Assembly: GCF_006345805.1 (NCBI RefSeq)
Contig: NC_043000.1
Location: 9,114,001-9,178,000, forward strand
Length of the DNA: 64,000 nucleotides
Reading direction: 5' to 3'
From: Octopus sinensis
Lineage: Eukaryota
Positions 1 through 13,246 of the stretch are shown here, piece by piece (the stretch's first letter is position 1; each line of letters starts with the position of its first letter). Made by a program: the position numbers and the translations under genes. The notes below the pieces were generated by a model, which was not told where the DNA came from, searched no databases, and worked only from the letters and a program-made list of their open reading frames with translations.

Positions 1-1440
1 AAGTTTGGGACAAGTCCTTCCAAGATCTTCCAGATGTATATTATGGCATATCTTTCTCGCCTACGCTCCAAGGAATAGAGTTTTAATCTCTTGAGTCTTT
101 CCCAGTAGCTTATATTCTGCACAGAGGCTATCTTCTTCGTGTAGCTACGTTGGATCGCCTCAAGTTCTGTGATCAACTTGACACTGGATGGTGACCATAG
201 CTGAGAGCAATAGTCAAAGTGGCTTAGGACAAGTGTCCTCCAGAGGACCATCATGGTTTCCTGGTCTCTTGTTCTAAAGGTTCTAAGAATCCATCCGGCC
301 AGTCGTCTACATTTCATTGCCAATTCAGCAACATGTACACGAAAGGTTGCGTCATCACTCATGTAAATACCCAGGTCACGCACTGATTGTGCCTCTGGGA
401 TTGCAATTCCTCCGGGTCCAGTGTATTCATTGGGTATTGCATTTAGTTTTGCATGCTGATAGCATAAAGCTTGAAACTTTTCAGCATTGAACTGCATGCT
501 ATTCTTTTCAGCCCACTTGTATATTTTGTCCAGCTCACATCGCAGACGTTTAGTGTCCTCAGGGTTCTGTATTGCCTGTGAAACTTTTGTATCATCTGCA
601 TAACTTGTGATCGTGGCTCTCTGCGTGGCTGAGGGCATGTCTGAGAGGGCCATTATGAACAGTAGTGGTCCCAAAACAGTGCCCTGCGGAACACCGCTCA
701 CTATTTGCGTGTTAATGGAAGTGGCCCCATTGGCTACTACCATCTGACTTCTATCTTTCAGAAAGTCATGAAGCCATTCTCCCAGTTTTCCAACTATGCT
801 AAGATCACGCAGTTTGTGACATATCACTCCATGATCGACTTTATCAAAGGCCTTTGCAAAGTCGAGATATATCACTTCCACATTTGAGTGGTTGAGCAGT
901 CGTTTCAGCACCCAGTCATAGTGTTGTAGGAGCTGAGTTAAGCAGCTTCTTCCTGGTCGGAAACCATGTTGGGTGTCAGACAGCAAGTCATTTTCTTCAA
1001 GGAAGGTGATCAGTTTCCTTCTGACTATTCGTTCCATGACCTTGCTGATGTGTGAGGTCAGAGAGATAGGTCTGTAGTTCTTGGCCACCGCTCTGCTACC
1101 TCCTTTATGAATAGGGCATATTTTACCTTCCTTCAGTTTTCTTGGAAGTTTGCCAGTTGCAAGGAAGCTCTGAAAGAGGAACTGCAGTGGTCTTGCTAGG
1201 ACTCTCTTACATACTTTTAGGAGGATTGCCGGGAATCCATCGGGGCCAGTAGCTGAGTCTGTTTTCATTTCATCTATAGCCTTTATTACATCGTCTTCCT
1301 TTATATCGATGTAATCTATCGTCGCTGCCTCTGATTTTATATCTGCAGTGGTAAAGAAGTCAGTTGGATTGGTGATTTGTAAATGCCCAAGGGGTGGAGT
1401 GAAAACACTCTTGAATTGCTCATTCAGTATTTCACTTTAG
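1..1440 (-). mobile_element. CR1/L2-group LINE ORF2 reverse transcriptase fragment (degenerate, runs off window start)
   Basis: Reverse strand encodes NYRPISLTSH (~1080), YLDFAKAFDKVDH (~870), SGVPQGTVLGPLL (~661-700), YADD (589-602) and YWERLKRLKLYSLERRRERY (~50-110). Confidence 0.93.
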
Positions 1441-2526
1441 CAATAAATTTCACTGGGTAACACGATTTTTGTCCTTGGGTAGCAACAGTTATTTCCTATC
1501 TACTTACCCTTAGAAAATATGAAAATCGGTTAATATTTCCTTCAGACTTTTCTTTTGTTGTGTCTGGGGAGAGTCATTTTCTTTTTGTGCCTTATGATAT
1601 AACACACTCACCGGTAAAATTTCCACTTATTCCTTATTATTATTTTCCTAAAATCTTCGTTGCGTCTTGCAGTCTTTTCAATAATCTTGACTTTTGTTAC
1701 ATTTATTCAAACCCCAAAGAATCCCTCTCAACACATGCCTATGATGCTCCCCCATTAGTCGTGCTCATGATTAGAGATGCAAATATAACCACTAAGGGAT
1801 ACGCTCATGTGGTTATGGTCAAGAAACTGACAAGCAATTCTGTGATATTAAGGATAATATTTGTTATAACGATATTTCTGCTTCAGCAATTCAGCGCTGA
1901 ATTTGTCAGAAATGTAATGGAAAAGAAGGCAGTTTCAAACCATTGATATCCAGGTGACAAAAGCAAAGTTTGAAGGGAATAGTAGTCATTTCCTTCGATT
2001 TCTCGCTAGAAGCAAATAGGAAATAACACTTACTGACCAAAGACAAAAAAAAAATTATTACTCTGTGTTATAAGTATACATGAAGGCATACATGCAGACT
2101 CGCACACGCGCATAAATCTATGCGAGTGTATACATACACACACACGTACACACACACAGAGGCAGGTATGTGTACATATATATATATATATATCCACACA
2201 TACACATGTGTACATATATATGCCCACACATATAGATGTGTACACATATATACATCTACATATACTCATGCAAATCTGTGCTTATGTAAAATATCTATAC
2301 CTATAATCATATATATTCACATGTACCCACTTGCATGTTCATATATGTATACATATACACGTATATACACGCATGCATATATACATGTACATATATACAT
2401 ACACATATATATACATACATACCTACATTGGCCAATCAGATTCGCAAGGAGCCATGACAGCTACGATTTGTGGGTTCGATTCAGCCTGAGGTTAGCTCAT
2501 CATTTTTCAGTCATTTGTTTATATTT

Positions 2527-2885
2527 AAAAATCGTCTGAGATGGGTGGGCCACGTAGTAAGAATGAAAGAAAGCGGTGAACTTTCCACTGCAAGAAGACT
2601 CCATGGCCGTTCTCTCCGTCGATACATGGATCATCTGAAGCAAAGCCTAAAACTGACTGGAATCGATCTCAAAGCTTGGGGCATTGACGCTCAGGACAGG
2701 CCCGGCTGGCATCATTCCATTTCTACTGACAGATCATTTTGATGCTGAACGACAGGAAAGAGAAACGACAAAAAAGCAAATGGAGGCTACAACAACGAAA
2801 GCCTCCACCACGGATCCCCTATGAACTTTGCAACAGACGCTTCCATGCAAGAATTGGCCTCATTAGTCATCAGAGGCATAAATGC
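2527..2885 (+). mobile_element. RTE-BovB LINE 3' fragment (RT C-terminus and terminal Cys/His motif)
   Basis: Translates as RLRWVGHVVRM...RRYMDHLKQSLKLTGID..W...AQDRPGW, then in another frame ELCNRRFHARIGLISHQR, the typical RTE C-terminus. Confidence 0.85.
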
Positions 2886-3619
2886 GGACAGAGGGAAAGA
2901 AGTGGTCAAGAAAAAAAAAACAAATAAATTATCTGACACGCGATAACACGCCGCTGCCGCCGCCGACTTCATATATATGTATATATATATATATATATAT
3001 AATGAATGTATATCAGTGTGTGCATGGGTATGTATGCGTGAATGTGTATGTGTGTCTATATGTTTTTATACTAAGAGACTGACATGTGATTTAAGGTCGT
3101 ACACTGTATTATAAGAACGATTGTTTTTCTACAATGCTCTTCCGACATAAACTGACAAAACACTGTTATTCTGGGATATATTTATTTCTTGATATGTGAT
3201 CATATGCGAACTTAAACAATTAATTAAAAATATAACAACCACCTCTCATATAACCACAGATAAGAACCAATCTTTTATATAACGTGTTACTGAGAGCAAC
3301 GGTTTGAAGTGTAGTAGTATTACAGAACGTTCAAGGGTCATATTTCTATTGTATGAAAGCTATATTATATAGTTCAGCTTACTGAGATAGAAATATGTAC
3401 AGTGCCAAATTATGGTAATCACACGCGCACACATACACATACACAAATACACACTCACAGACACACACACGCGCACATACACGCGCGCGCACACACACAC
3501 GTTTATACATTCATAAACACACATTTACCTACATACATGCACACATATTTAGGTATACATCGTGCGTATATACATACATACATACACAAATATATATACA
3601 CACACATATATATATATAC

Positions 3620-3651
<32 letters not shown>

Positions 3652-3654
3652 GTA

Positions 3655-3703
<49 letters not shown>

Positions 3704-3705
3704 AA

Positions 3706-4212
3706 AACTTAGATAAAACTTAGATATGTTTCGACCAGAGATTGGTCCAGGCCATGTCTAACTTAATAGCACCACTTGATAGGATTATTCGAATCCTGTT
3801 TAAGTCAAGTTTTGTTCAAGTAGTGAGTTCTTGTTGGGTGAGTTGTATCCAATTATGGGTGGCTTATCTGGTATTCTTTGAAGGAATCTATCCAGACTCT
3901 GTTTGAAGTTGATGGGATCCTTTTCCTCTTTGATCTCCCTCGGGACAATGTTAAATAGGGCAGGGCCTGTTGAGGAAAAGAAATTATGTTGCAGTGTACA
4001 TGTATGTTGTGATCTTGAATTTGGCAGGGGACGTATAGCCCGTGGTCCAAGTCTCGGATGAACCTTGAAGCTAATGTTTAGGTCGTTTGGGCAAAGTTGG
4101 CGGTATATTTTCCACATCGTACAAATGATGTACCGCTCACGGCGACGCTGGAGGGAGTAAAGTTTCAAGGCTTTAAGGCGATCCCAATAGTCGAGAGCAG
4201 CCATGCTTTCAA
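3706..4212 (-). mobile_element. 5'-truncated CR1/L2-group LINE 3' end with 3' UTR and tandem tail
   Basis: ORF track gives YWDRLKALKLYSLQRRRERYII...LDRFLQRIPDKPP. The 3' UTR GGTGCTATTAAGTTAGACATGGCCTGG is shared with copies at ~16280 and ~31650. Tail is (TATCTAAGTTT)x2. Confidence 0.92.
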
Positions 4213-4278
4213 TATATATATGTGTATATATATATATATGTATATATGTATATATATGTGTATATATATATGTGTGTA

Positions 4279-4316
<38 letters not shown>

Positions 4317-4625
4317 ACAGAACAAAAGCGTAAATAGGCAGTCAATAGGTATCAAGTTATTATTAACATATTTACACTTATATAAGATATTGAAAAGAAA
4401 TGCAAATATACGTGAAGAATTATATAGCAGTAAGTCAGGAAGAGCCCCCAAATGTGAAAAGTTCACAATAGTTCAGGTACATTCCTGGTTAAGTAGGAAA
4501 GAAGTCTATAGCGTTGATAAGACATAGTTTAGTCAATAGATGATGTCACTAAACATGGGTATATAGAAAGGAAAAATAAGAAAGGAAATGCCAAAAAAAA
4601 GTGCCCTGACAATCCTTTATTTACA

Positions 4626-4825
4626 TTCTTTTATTCTTTTACTTGTTTCAGTCACTTGACTGTGACCATGCTGGAGCACCGCCTTTAGTCAAGTAAACCC
4701 CGGGGCTTATTCTTTGTAAGCCTAGTACCCCCCCCCCACACACCGCCGAACCGCCAAGCCACGGTGACGCAAATACACCAGCATCGGTTGTCAAGCGATG
4801 TTGGGGGACAAACACAGATACACAA

Positions 4826-4865
<40 letters not shown>

Positions 4866-5025
4866 GACGGGCTTCTTTCAGTTTCCGTCCACCAAATCTA
4901 CTCACAAGGCTTTGGTCGGCCCGAGGCTATAGTAGAAGACAGTTGCCCAAGGTGCCATGCAGTGGGACTGAACCCGGAACCATGTGGTTAGTAAGCAAGC
5001 TACTTACCACACGCCACTCCTACGT
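4626..5025 (-). mobile_element. tRNA-derived CORE-type SINE (family A), full length with internal microsatellite
   Basis: Reverse complement has an A-box TGGC..GTGGTAAG, B-box GGTTCAGTCCC, CORE-like GGCACCTTGGGCAA, internal (TG)n and a 3' block ending TGACTGAAACAAGTAAAAGA. It aligns by eye with 41850-42300. Confidence 0.88.
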
Positions 5026-5814
5026 GTACATACATACATGCAAACATATACATACATACATATACATACATACATACATATATACACACACACATGGGTA
5101 TATATAAGCACCTGTCTGTATGCATAAACGTATGTATGTGAATATGTATGCATTCACAGATATAGAAAAGGCCCAGTATGTTCACTATATTCTAATAGCG
5201 AGACCCCTACAAGGAACTCGTCCATTCCACACGTCCTTTCCGTCGTGGTCTGTCGCTCTCGAAATAATGTATACATACCTAACGAGATAGAGAGACATGA
5301 CGGGTCCCAGCTGCTTTTGGTATGACGTCATGATGTAACCAGCCCCTAACTAAAATTGAAATTCTTTACGAACCAAACAGAGCAGACAATCCGGAGATGA
5401 ATTCACGTGAAGATAAAATAACTTAAACACCTCATTCTATTGATATAGATAAAATGATTTTTCATTTACCCTCCCAAGGTATTTCACTAATTCTATGTAG
5501 GAGCCTCACAAACAACTTAAACGTTGCTACGTGTTGCTACAGGTGTGGTTTGCAAAGTTCAGGCTTGTATTTTGTTTGCTTTGTGACACACCATCCCTTT
5601 TCTAAGCGGACGCACTGTTTAAGAACTTGACCTATTTTTTTGTTTTTGTCTTCGTGTGTTCACCCGAACGTAAATGTGTGTGTATTGCTGTCTTCTGTTG
5701 CCTGTTGTATTTGTTGTGCATGTAGGTTTGCTACGTGTCATCTATTGTGTATGTGTGTGTGTCTATTGCGTGTCGTCTGTTATATATCGTGTTGTTTGTT
5801 ATGTTTGGAGTGTC

Positions 5815-6185
5815 ATCTGGACGAAGCATGGTCGAAGGGTTAAAAATTTCATCGTGCAATCACGAAGTCCTGGTCCTGGATTCAATCTCATTGCGTGGCA
5901 TCTTCGGCAAGTTTTTTTTTACCAAAGCCTCGGATTATTCTGTGCCCTGTTATTTAAAATGAGTCGCCGGAAACTATAATGAAGCCCGTCGGGTAGCTCG
6001 TGAATGAGATTCACTAATACAGCCCTGTCACACATTGTCAAGCTGATTCTGCTTGAGAATTACTTTAAGGGTACACTTGTCTGTGGAATACTCAAGCATT
6101 CACTATTCTAATTCAATGAACAAGTATTTCAGTTGATCGAACCACTCAATACTCATCGTCGAAACCGATGGAGATCCAATTAACT
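5815..6185 (+). mobile_element. Degenerate CORE-type SINE with alternative 3' tail
   Basis: Head and CORE-like GGCATCTTCGGCAAG. The tail ...GAAACCGATGGAG recurs at ~38260, and related sequence lies at ~46000-46330 and 63480-63850. Confidence 0.6.
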
Positions 6186-6454
6186 TTTTTTATATTTCTT
6201 TTTCACTGTTTATGTAAATGAAATAAAATCCATAATCGATTTCTTGTTTCCAGCCATTGAATATGGAGGGCATCGGATGAACTGTCTTGCAGTATTTGGT
6301 TATATCCCTTTGCCTTCTGATTTCAATTCCTACCACGGCCAACTTCACCATTCATCTTTCCGGGGATTGATACTGGGGTCGATATAATCAAATATGAGGC
6401 TATATATAAAGAAATCGCTATTTTAGAATCGCTAAAACGGTAGAATAAATACAT

Positions 6455-6658
6455 TTTCTTTTATCTTGTATCGTGTACTTTTTCCAGTCATTAGATTGCG
6501 GTCATACTGGGGTACAGCCTCGAAAGATTTATTCGAACAAAGTTTTGCCGAGCTGCTAAGTTATGGGAACGTAAACAAACCAACACCGGTTGTCAAGCGG
6601 TGTAGGGGGGCAAACACAGCACAAGCACACAGACACACGGGCGATTATAGCCCCTGTC

Positions 6659-6660
<2 letters not shown>
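6455..6660 (-). mobile_element. SINE family A 3' half
   Basis: Matches the family A 3' block (TTCCAGTCATTAGATTGCGGTCATACTGGGGTACAGCC...GGTTGTCAAGCGG). Confidence 0.75.
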
Positions 6661-6691
<31 letters not shown>

Positions 6692-7268
6692 ACAGTTATG
6701 TGCTTTGACTACAGTACTAGAGCATTTTAGTTCTTATTTCTAGCAATGCAGATGTTTCTAAGACCCTATTACCTTAGTCGCATTTAGTGACAATTATAGT
6801 TTTCTTTTTTGGTAAACATTGCAAACTGCTGTATATTTTAATTATATATATAATTTATAAACAAGGGCAAAAGAAAAAATATTTCTATGCCAATATGCTG
6901 AGAACAGACGTGGAGTGACAAAGTCACTATAAGTAAGGTGACGTCGGCCAGTATCGGGGAGTACGAGTTAGAATGTGTTGAGAGTCGTGTCTTACAGAGC
7001 TAATAGCGATACTGCGATAACCGAAATGGGCGTGTTACTATACTGACATATAAAGGATATATCAGTGACAATGCAAATTACAACAGTGGCGACGAGGATT
7101 TAAATTATACTGTGATACTGAGTGGACGCTATAATAATAGTATGCGACTGGTCGTACAGTGCCAGATAGAAACCTTCTATCGACGACTTCGGATTTATAA
7201 CAATATCTGTCAGAGAGGCAACCGTCGTACAAAGACAGATATAATACACACACACACACGCACGCACG

Positions 7269-7312
<44 letters not shown>

Positions 7313-7656
7313 ACACACACACTCACACATATAATTATATAGATGCAATTATAATCCCAGCTGTTTCCTCTCGAAGTACATCTGCTGATTCCAGTAGTCT
7401 AAAGTCGCATGTTATATTTGTGTGAAGTATGCATAAGAGTTGAAAAATACTGGAAAATATATCTTGCAAAGTTATTTCATATCAAAACAGGGGATTGGAA
7501 AAAATATTAGTATTATTTATTCACCATTACACGTGTTTCATTTGCTAATAGGAGTTACAAAATTGTAAATGTAACACGTGCAATGGTGAATAAATAATAT
7601 AAAAATATTTTTCCATTTTCCTGTTTTGATATACATATACACATATGTATATATAT

Positions 7657-7723
<67 letters not shown>

Positions 7724-8498
7724 GACAGGCTTCTTCACAATTTCCGTCTACCAAATTCATTCATAAGACATTGCCCGGCCCGGGGCCAAAGAAGATGACA
7801 CTTGCCAGTAGCGCCGCACATTAGAGCTTAATCAGAGGCTGCAAAGCGAGTTTCCTAATTATCCAGCCAAACCTGTGGATTTTTTTTTCCGTTTCTTTCT
7901 TTTTTTTTTTACATTGTGAGTTCAAACGACTCAGAGACCAACTTGCCTTTTAATCTTCCGGGGGGAAATAAAATGAAATAGTAATCAAACACTAGGGTCG
8001 ATGATATCGACTAATCCACATCTTAAATTTACTGACCCTCTGCCTAATTCTGCAACAACTATTTTATGTCTATTTTTTTGTCTGCGTTTTATTACATTTT
8101 CTTTTTGCTTCACCTATTATTTGAACATTCCCCCTTTTTTATTACATCAAGGTCATAGAAAACAAGGTAACCTAAATTTGTTTTAATAGTGTACAAATGT
8201 TTTCTGTCCCCTTTCATGAATGGATAATCTGTTACAGAGAAGTCTCACCGAAACATAGTAATTAAAACTTGCCTAGCAGGTGTTATTATCGTGATGGATT
8301 ACAATAAGCAGGGCCTAACAAAACGGCGTTTCGGCAGGTGCTTCGGTCCGTGTCCCGAACCGGCGTAAATATTTTAAATCTGGTGCTTATCCTATATAAG
8401 CCTTTTTGTGGACCTGGTTAAGTTACAGAGATGTAAACAAATCAAGTACTGAGAGATAAGCACAGTACAAAGACGTAAGCACACAGACATCCTCGTGT

Positions 8499-8532
<34 letters not shown>

Positions 8533-8617
8533 TGTGTGTGTGTGTGTGTGTGTTGTGTGTGTGTATGTGCATAGTTTCCGAGTGCCAAATTTAGTCACAA
8601 AGCATTGGTCGAATAAA

Positions 8618-8965
8618 GCGGTGATCTGGCAGAAACGCTAGCACGCCGGGCGAAATGCGTAGCCGTATTTCGTCTGTCGTTACGTTCTGAGTTCAAATTC
8701 TGCCGAGGTCAACTTTGCCTTTCATCCTTTCGGGGTCGATAAATTAAGTGTTTAGCCCCATGTGAGCAATAAAGAAATAGGTATTTCATCTGCCGCTACA
8801 TTCTGAGTTCAAATTCCGCCGAGGTCGACTTTGCCTTTCATCCTTTCGGGGTCGATAAATTAAGTACCAGTTGCGCACTGGGGTCAATGTAATCGACATA
8901 ATCCGTTTGTCTGTCCTTGTTTGTCCCCTCTATGTTTAGCTCCTTGTGCGCAATAAAGAAATAAG
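8618..8965 (+). mobile_element. tRNA-derived SINE family B, dimer
   Basis: A-box TGGCAGAAACG, B-box GAGTTCAAATTC and body GCCTTTCATCCTTTCGGGGTCGATAAATTAAGTACCAG. A second unit starts at 8781 after tail AAAGAAATAG. Confidence 0.88.
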
Positions 8966-9060
8966 AATTAATACACAAATTTAGTCTATAATCAAAATGT
9001 TTGTTTACTTTTTTTAATTAAAAGATGTTTTAAATTTTGGCCGATGAGCTTATATAAATA

Positions 9061-9222
9061 TTTTATTTCGTCTGTCTTTACGTTCTAAGTTCAAATTCCG
9101 CCGAGGTCGACTTTGCCTTTCAGGTTCGATAAATTAAGTACCAGTTGCTTACTGGGGTCGATCTAATCGACTGGCCCCTTCCCCCAAAATTTTGGGCCTT
9201 GAGCCTAGAGTAGAAAAGAATA
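9061..9222 (+). mobile_element. SINE family B, 5'-truncated, with alternative tail (CCCCCAAAATTTTGGGCCTTG..CCTAGAGTAGAAAAG)
   Basis: Same B-box and body as 8618-8965 but a different 3' end, which also occurs at 52864-52920. Confidence 0.8.
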
Positions 9223-9664
9223 TAAATATTTCATACGTGCAGTCATTGCAAACTTCATTTTATTGATTATTGTTAAGATTTTAGCAGAACGAGATCGTTC
9301 GTTTCGTGGTTAAAGATGTAACTGTTTCCTCTCCACACAGTGGAAATCACTAGGGCTTTGTGAGAACTACTAGTTAAAATTAACCCTTTTCTAATGGGAT
9401 ATACAAATATATGTGCAAACAGAGGAGACTTAAATTATATCTACCTAAAACAACATCTGAAGATTTCATCAATTTGAATGGATACAACATACTGGACAAC
9501 ATTACCTGTGAAGGAAAGAAGCTCAAGTATTATTCTGCTTCATTGGATTTTACTCCAGATATATTTTATTTGATTCAGTTGACTTTAACTGTGCGTTATG
9601 CTTTATCGTTTGGCATAGTTGAAAGATTTGTGAAGTTTCTAGATTTAGAAGGTTTATTTTTTTT

Positions 9665-10072
9665 ATATTGCCCACAGGGGGCTAAACATAGAGGGGACAA
9701 ACAAGAACAGACAAACGGATTAAGTCGATTACATCGACCCCAGTGCGTAACTGGTACTTATTTAATCGACCCCGAAAGGATGAAAGGTAAAGTCGACCTC
9801 GGCGGAATTTGAACTCAGAATGTAGCGGCAGACGAAATACCTATTTCTTTACTACCCACAAGGGGCTAAACACAGAGAGGACAAACAAGGACAGACAAAC
9901 GGATTAAGTCGATTATATCGACCCCAGTGCGTAACTGGTACTTTATTTATCGACCCCGAAAGGATGAAAGGCAAAGTCGACCTCGGCGGAATTTGAACTC
10001 AGAACGTAGCTACAGACGAAATACCGCTAAGCATTTCGCCCGGCGTGCTAACGATTCTGCCAGCTCGCCGCC
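9665..10072 (-). mobile_element. SINE family B, dimer
   Basis: Two ~180-bp units joined at 9840/9841 (GACGAAATAC|CTATTTCTTT). The full tRNA-like head occurs only at 10020-10072. Confidence 0.9.
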
Positions 10073-12732
10073 AATGCTAAACAGTTCGCTCAGAACTTAT
10101 TCGGCTTTTTGAAAGAACATGGTATTGATATAAAAGAATGCAATACAGTCAAAGTTATGACAATATCAGTGAGTGGAGAATGTAGTGACTTACAAACATG
10201 AAATAAAGAATTTTGAATAAATTTTGCTGATTCGATTTCATGTTTTATACATTCACGAAGAGTAATGCTGTCAAGAGTAATTATGTTCCTTTGAATTTCA
10301 GCACTTTTTGCCCTGTTTTTACCTATATGTTGGAGCTCCTTTCTGCTGCATTATTATATGTTAATTGCCCACTATCACTATGAATATAATGTTAGATATC
10401 AAGCAGCCAGTTAAGGAAGCAAGAAAAGCACTTTTACATAGTAAATCTTGGATAACAACGATTAGGAGGGAGGGAGAAAAAGAGAGAGAGAGAGACAGAG
10501 AAAGATAATGATAGGTTCATGAACTACTCTCTACAATGTTGAAGTTGGAAACAGGAATAATGGTTTTACTGTAAGGTCAAGTATTGTAGCATTTTCAATT
10601 ATTTGCCGTTTCTTTGCAATCTTCTGGCCAAGATTTGAACACAGTTTGCGCATTCTATGAATCCTTCCATGACCATATTCAAACTTTGTAGTCTACTTTC
10701 TTCTTTCAGATATTTATCAAAAAGTCAAGGATCTGAATGAGTGTAAACATTATCAACAGGAAACTCGAAGGAAGAGAATAAGCGACATTACAAATATGAT
10801 GCTTTCACTATTTTCAGTACTTGATCTTCTTGTTAAATCTCAAACAACTTCTCAGAAATTTAAAAGCCGGGCAGTCTTGCCATATTTGATGGCTTGCTTT
10901 CTGCTCCGTCAAAATGCCAGAAAACTTATCGAAAGGCGAATTTGGATTTTTTTTTCATCAGCTTACGGTTCTTCATACCCGAATAAATTGCAAAAAGATC
11001 ATTAAATCTGGATGATCTGAAAGGAAGTCTCGGCGGAGAATTTACGTAGTTTACAGAAATGTTTAAAACTGCTATTGCTTCTCCAAACAAGACTTTATAG
11101 AGTTTACCGTTTTACCGTTTAATAACAGACAGTTCTTTGGAGTCTCATTTTCAAATATAGGAAATGCCTAGCGCATCTACTCATGGTTATCAACTACTAT
11201 GGGAAACATTCATTTTCAAAAATGAAAGGAATAACAATGAACTAAGAAGTACCATAGGCCATAACAAATTGACTAATCACCTTGTAATAAATAATGTATA
11301 CTAACTTCTGCATGAAGTTGACATTTCTGGTACCCTTAATAGATTGGCCTCAGCTAAATCTAGAAATTGTAGTTTTCGGTGCCTTTAGATATTGTCTTTA
11401 AATATTTATGTCTCGTCTATAAATATTTGTTTATCTTTTTTATTAATAAATTTAGGACTCATAACATATACTACAAGCCCCGTAATACCATAGTCTTGCC
11501 TTAAATTCCACCAACCACTGTAATTATTTTTCATTACCTCAAAAATTCTTTTGACCCTAATGCCATAACTAACAATTGCAAATAGCACTTCCATAAAAAT
11601 GGTCACCACAGCAACTAAGATGTTATCGTTACTAGCATAACTAATAATACAACAAATAATAATGCCACCACCACTATCAACACCATCGCCACCATCACTA
11701 CAATCATCATCACAAGCATCGCCGTTTCGACCTATACCGCCAATAAAATACTAGGACCAATATTGATATAGTCATTTCTACTGCAACATCTACAACAACT
11801 ACACTAAAACCACGATTGTAACACCTACTAATACGTCTATTACTAACAACTAAGAGTACCATCTCTATCATAACTTTCACCGCAGCCACCGCTGTTGAGG
11901 CTGCTAACATTATCACCACAACTGACAAGAACGGCAGCAAAAACAAATGCAACAAGAAAAGTTCACAAACATTACACAATTATTCGCTACTGATATTTTC
12001 TCTTCAATGCTGAACATGTAAATTTTAGCTTCTGATCTTCCTCCCTGAATACTGAAATTAGTGAGAGTGGTGGCGTTGGTGTTGATGGTGGTGATGGTGG
12101 ACTTGGTGGCAACGGTGGTACTGGTTTCGTTTGTAGTAGAGGGTGTTGTTTCTGCTACTGCTACAAATTGACTATCGACATTTGAATCAATATCACGGTT
12201 CTTATTTAATTATACGTCTGACATTTTTTTTTGTTTGGTTGTCTTTTGAATGTTTTATCTTTTAATATCAACTGATTTTTGGCACAAAATTACCACGTTT
12301 AAAAAAAAAGGAAAAATAAAGGTGCCTGTTAATCTCTCTTTTCAAATTTGGGCCAAACAAAGTACTAGTATATTTGGAGTATTCTAGATTCTTCCATTAG
12401 GTTCCTATATCAGGATGGAGAATTTTAGTGCGTCACATATGCGTCTCTTGTACTGAAGAACAATATATTGAAACGAGCCTATGTAAGGCTGGTACTGTCA
12501 GTCTCTTTTGAGAGCCGCTAAGTAATCGGCAAGTAAATAATGCCACATCGGCTGTCAAATGGTGGGAAGACTAACACAAACAGAGATACACACATACACA
12601 TGCACGCACACACACGTGCAGACCCTCGGTTTACAAATTTAATTCGCTCATGAAGGCCGTTCGTCACTCGAAATGTTCGTAAATCGAAGTTCCACGGTGT
12701 ACACACACACATTGCACATTATATATATATAT

Positions 12733-12887
12733 ATGGTTGTGTGGTAAGAAGCTTGCTTCTCAACCACATCGTTCCGGGTTCAGTCCTACTGCATGGCACC
12801 TTGGGCAATTGTCTTCTGCTATAGCCTCGGGCCGACCCAAGCTTGTGAGTGGATTTCGTAAATAGAAACTGAAAGAAAACCGTCGTG

Positions 12888-12890
<3 letters not shown>
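12733..12890 (+). mobile_element. SINE family A 5' half
   Basis: TGTGTGGTAAGAAGCTTGCT...CCGGGTTCAGTCCTACTGCATGGCACCTTGGGCAA followed by (TA)n. Confidence 0.85.
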
Positions 12891-12920
<30 letters not shown>

Positions 12921-12969
12921 TTATATATATATGATATATATATATATATATTGTATGTGTGTGTATGTG

Positions 12970-13005
<36 letters not shown>

Positions 13006-13133
13006 ATATATATTATATATGTATGTGGTGTATGTGTGTGTATGTGTATGTATATATATATGTATTTATATATATATATATATACATATATATACATATA
13101 TATATATACATATACATATATCTAATATATATA

Positions 13134-13210
<77 letters not shown>

Positions 13211-13246
13211 GTGTATGTTGTATGTATATATATATATGTATATATA

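Noticed and set aside
5322-5331. ATGACGTCAT (CRE palindrome)
   Set aside because: A single short motif with no supported gene or promoter context nearby.
9411-9812. 133-aa ORF
   Set aside because: The C-terminal half is SINE sequence, and the N-terminal 80 aa has no recognisable motif or convincing splice sites.
11300-11385. Minus-strand peptide KLQFLDLAEANLLRVPE resembling a leucine-rich repeat
   Set aside because: It is a single repeat bounded by stops, with no neighbouring LRRs or clear splice sites.
11640-11990. Thr-rich or hydrophobic ORF-like stretch
   Set aside because: It is a decayed ACC/AAC/ACT trinucleotide region with stops in the Thr-rich frame.
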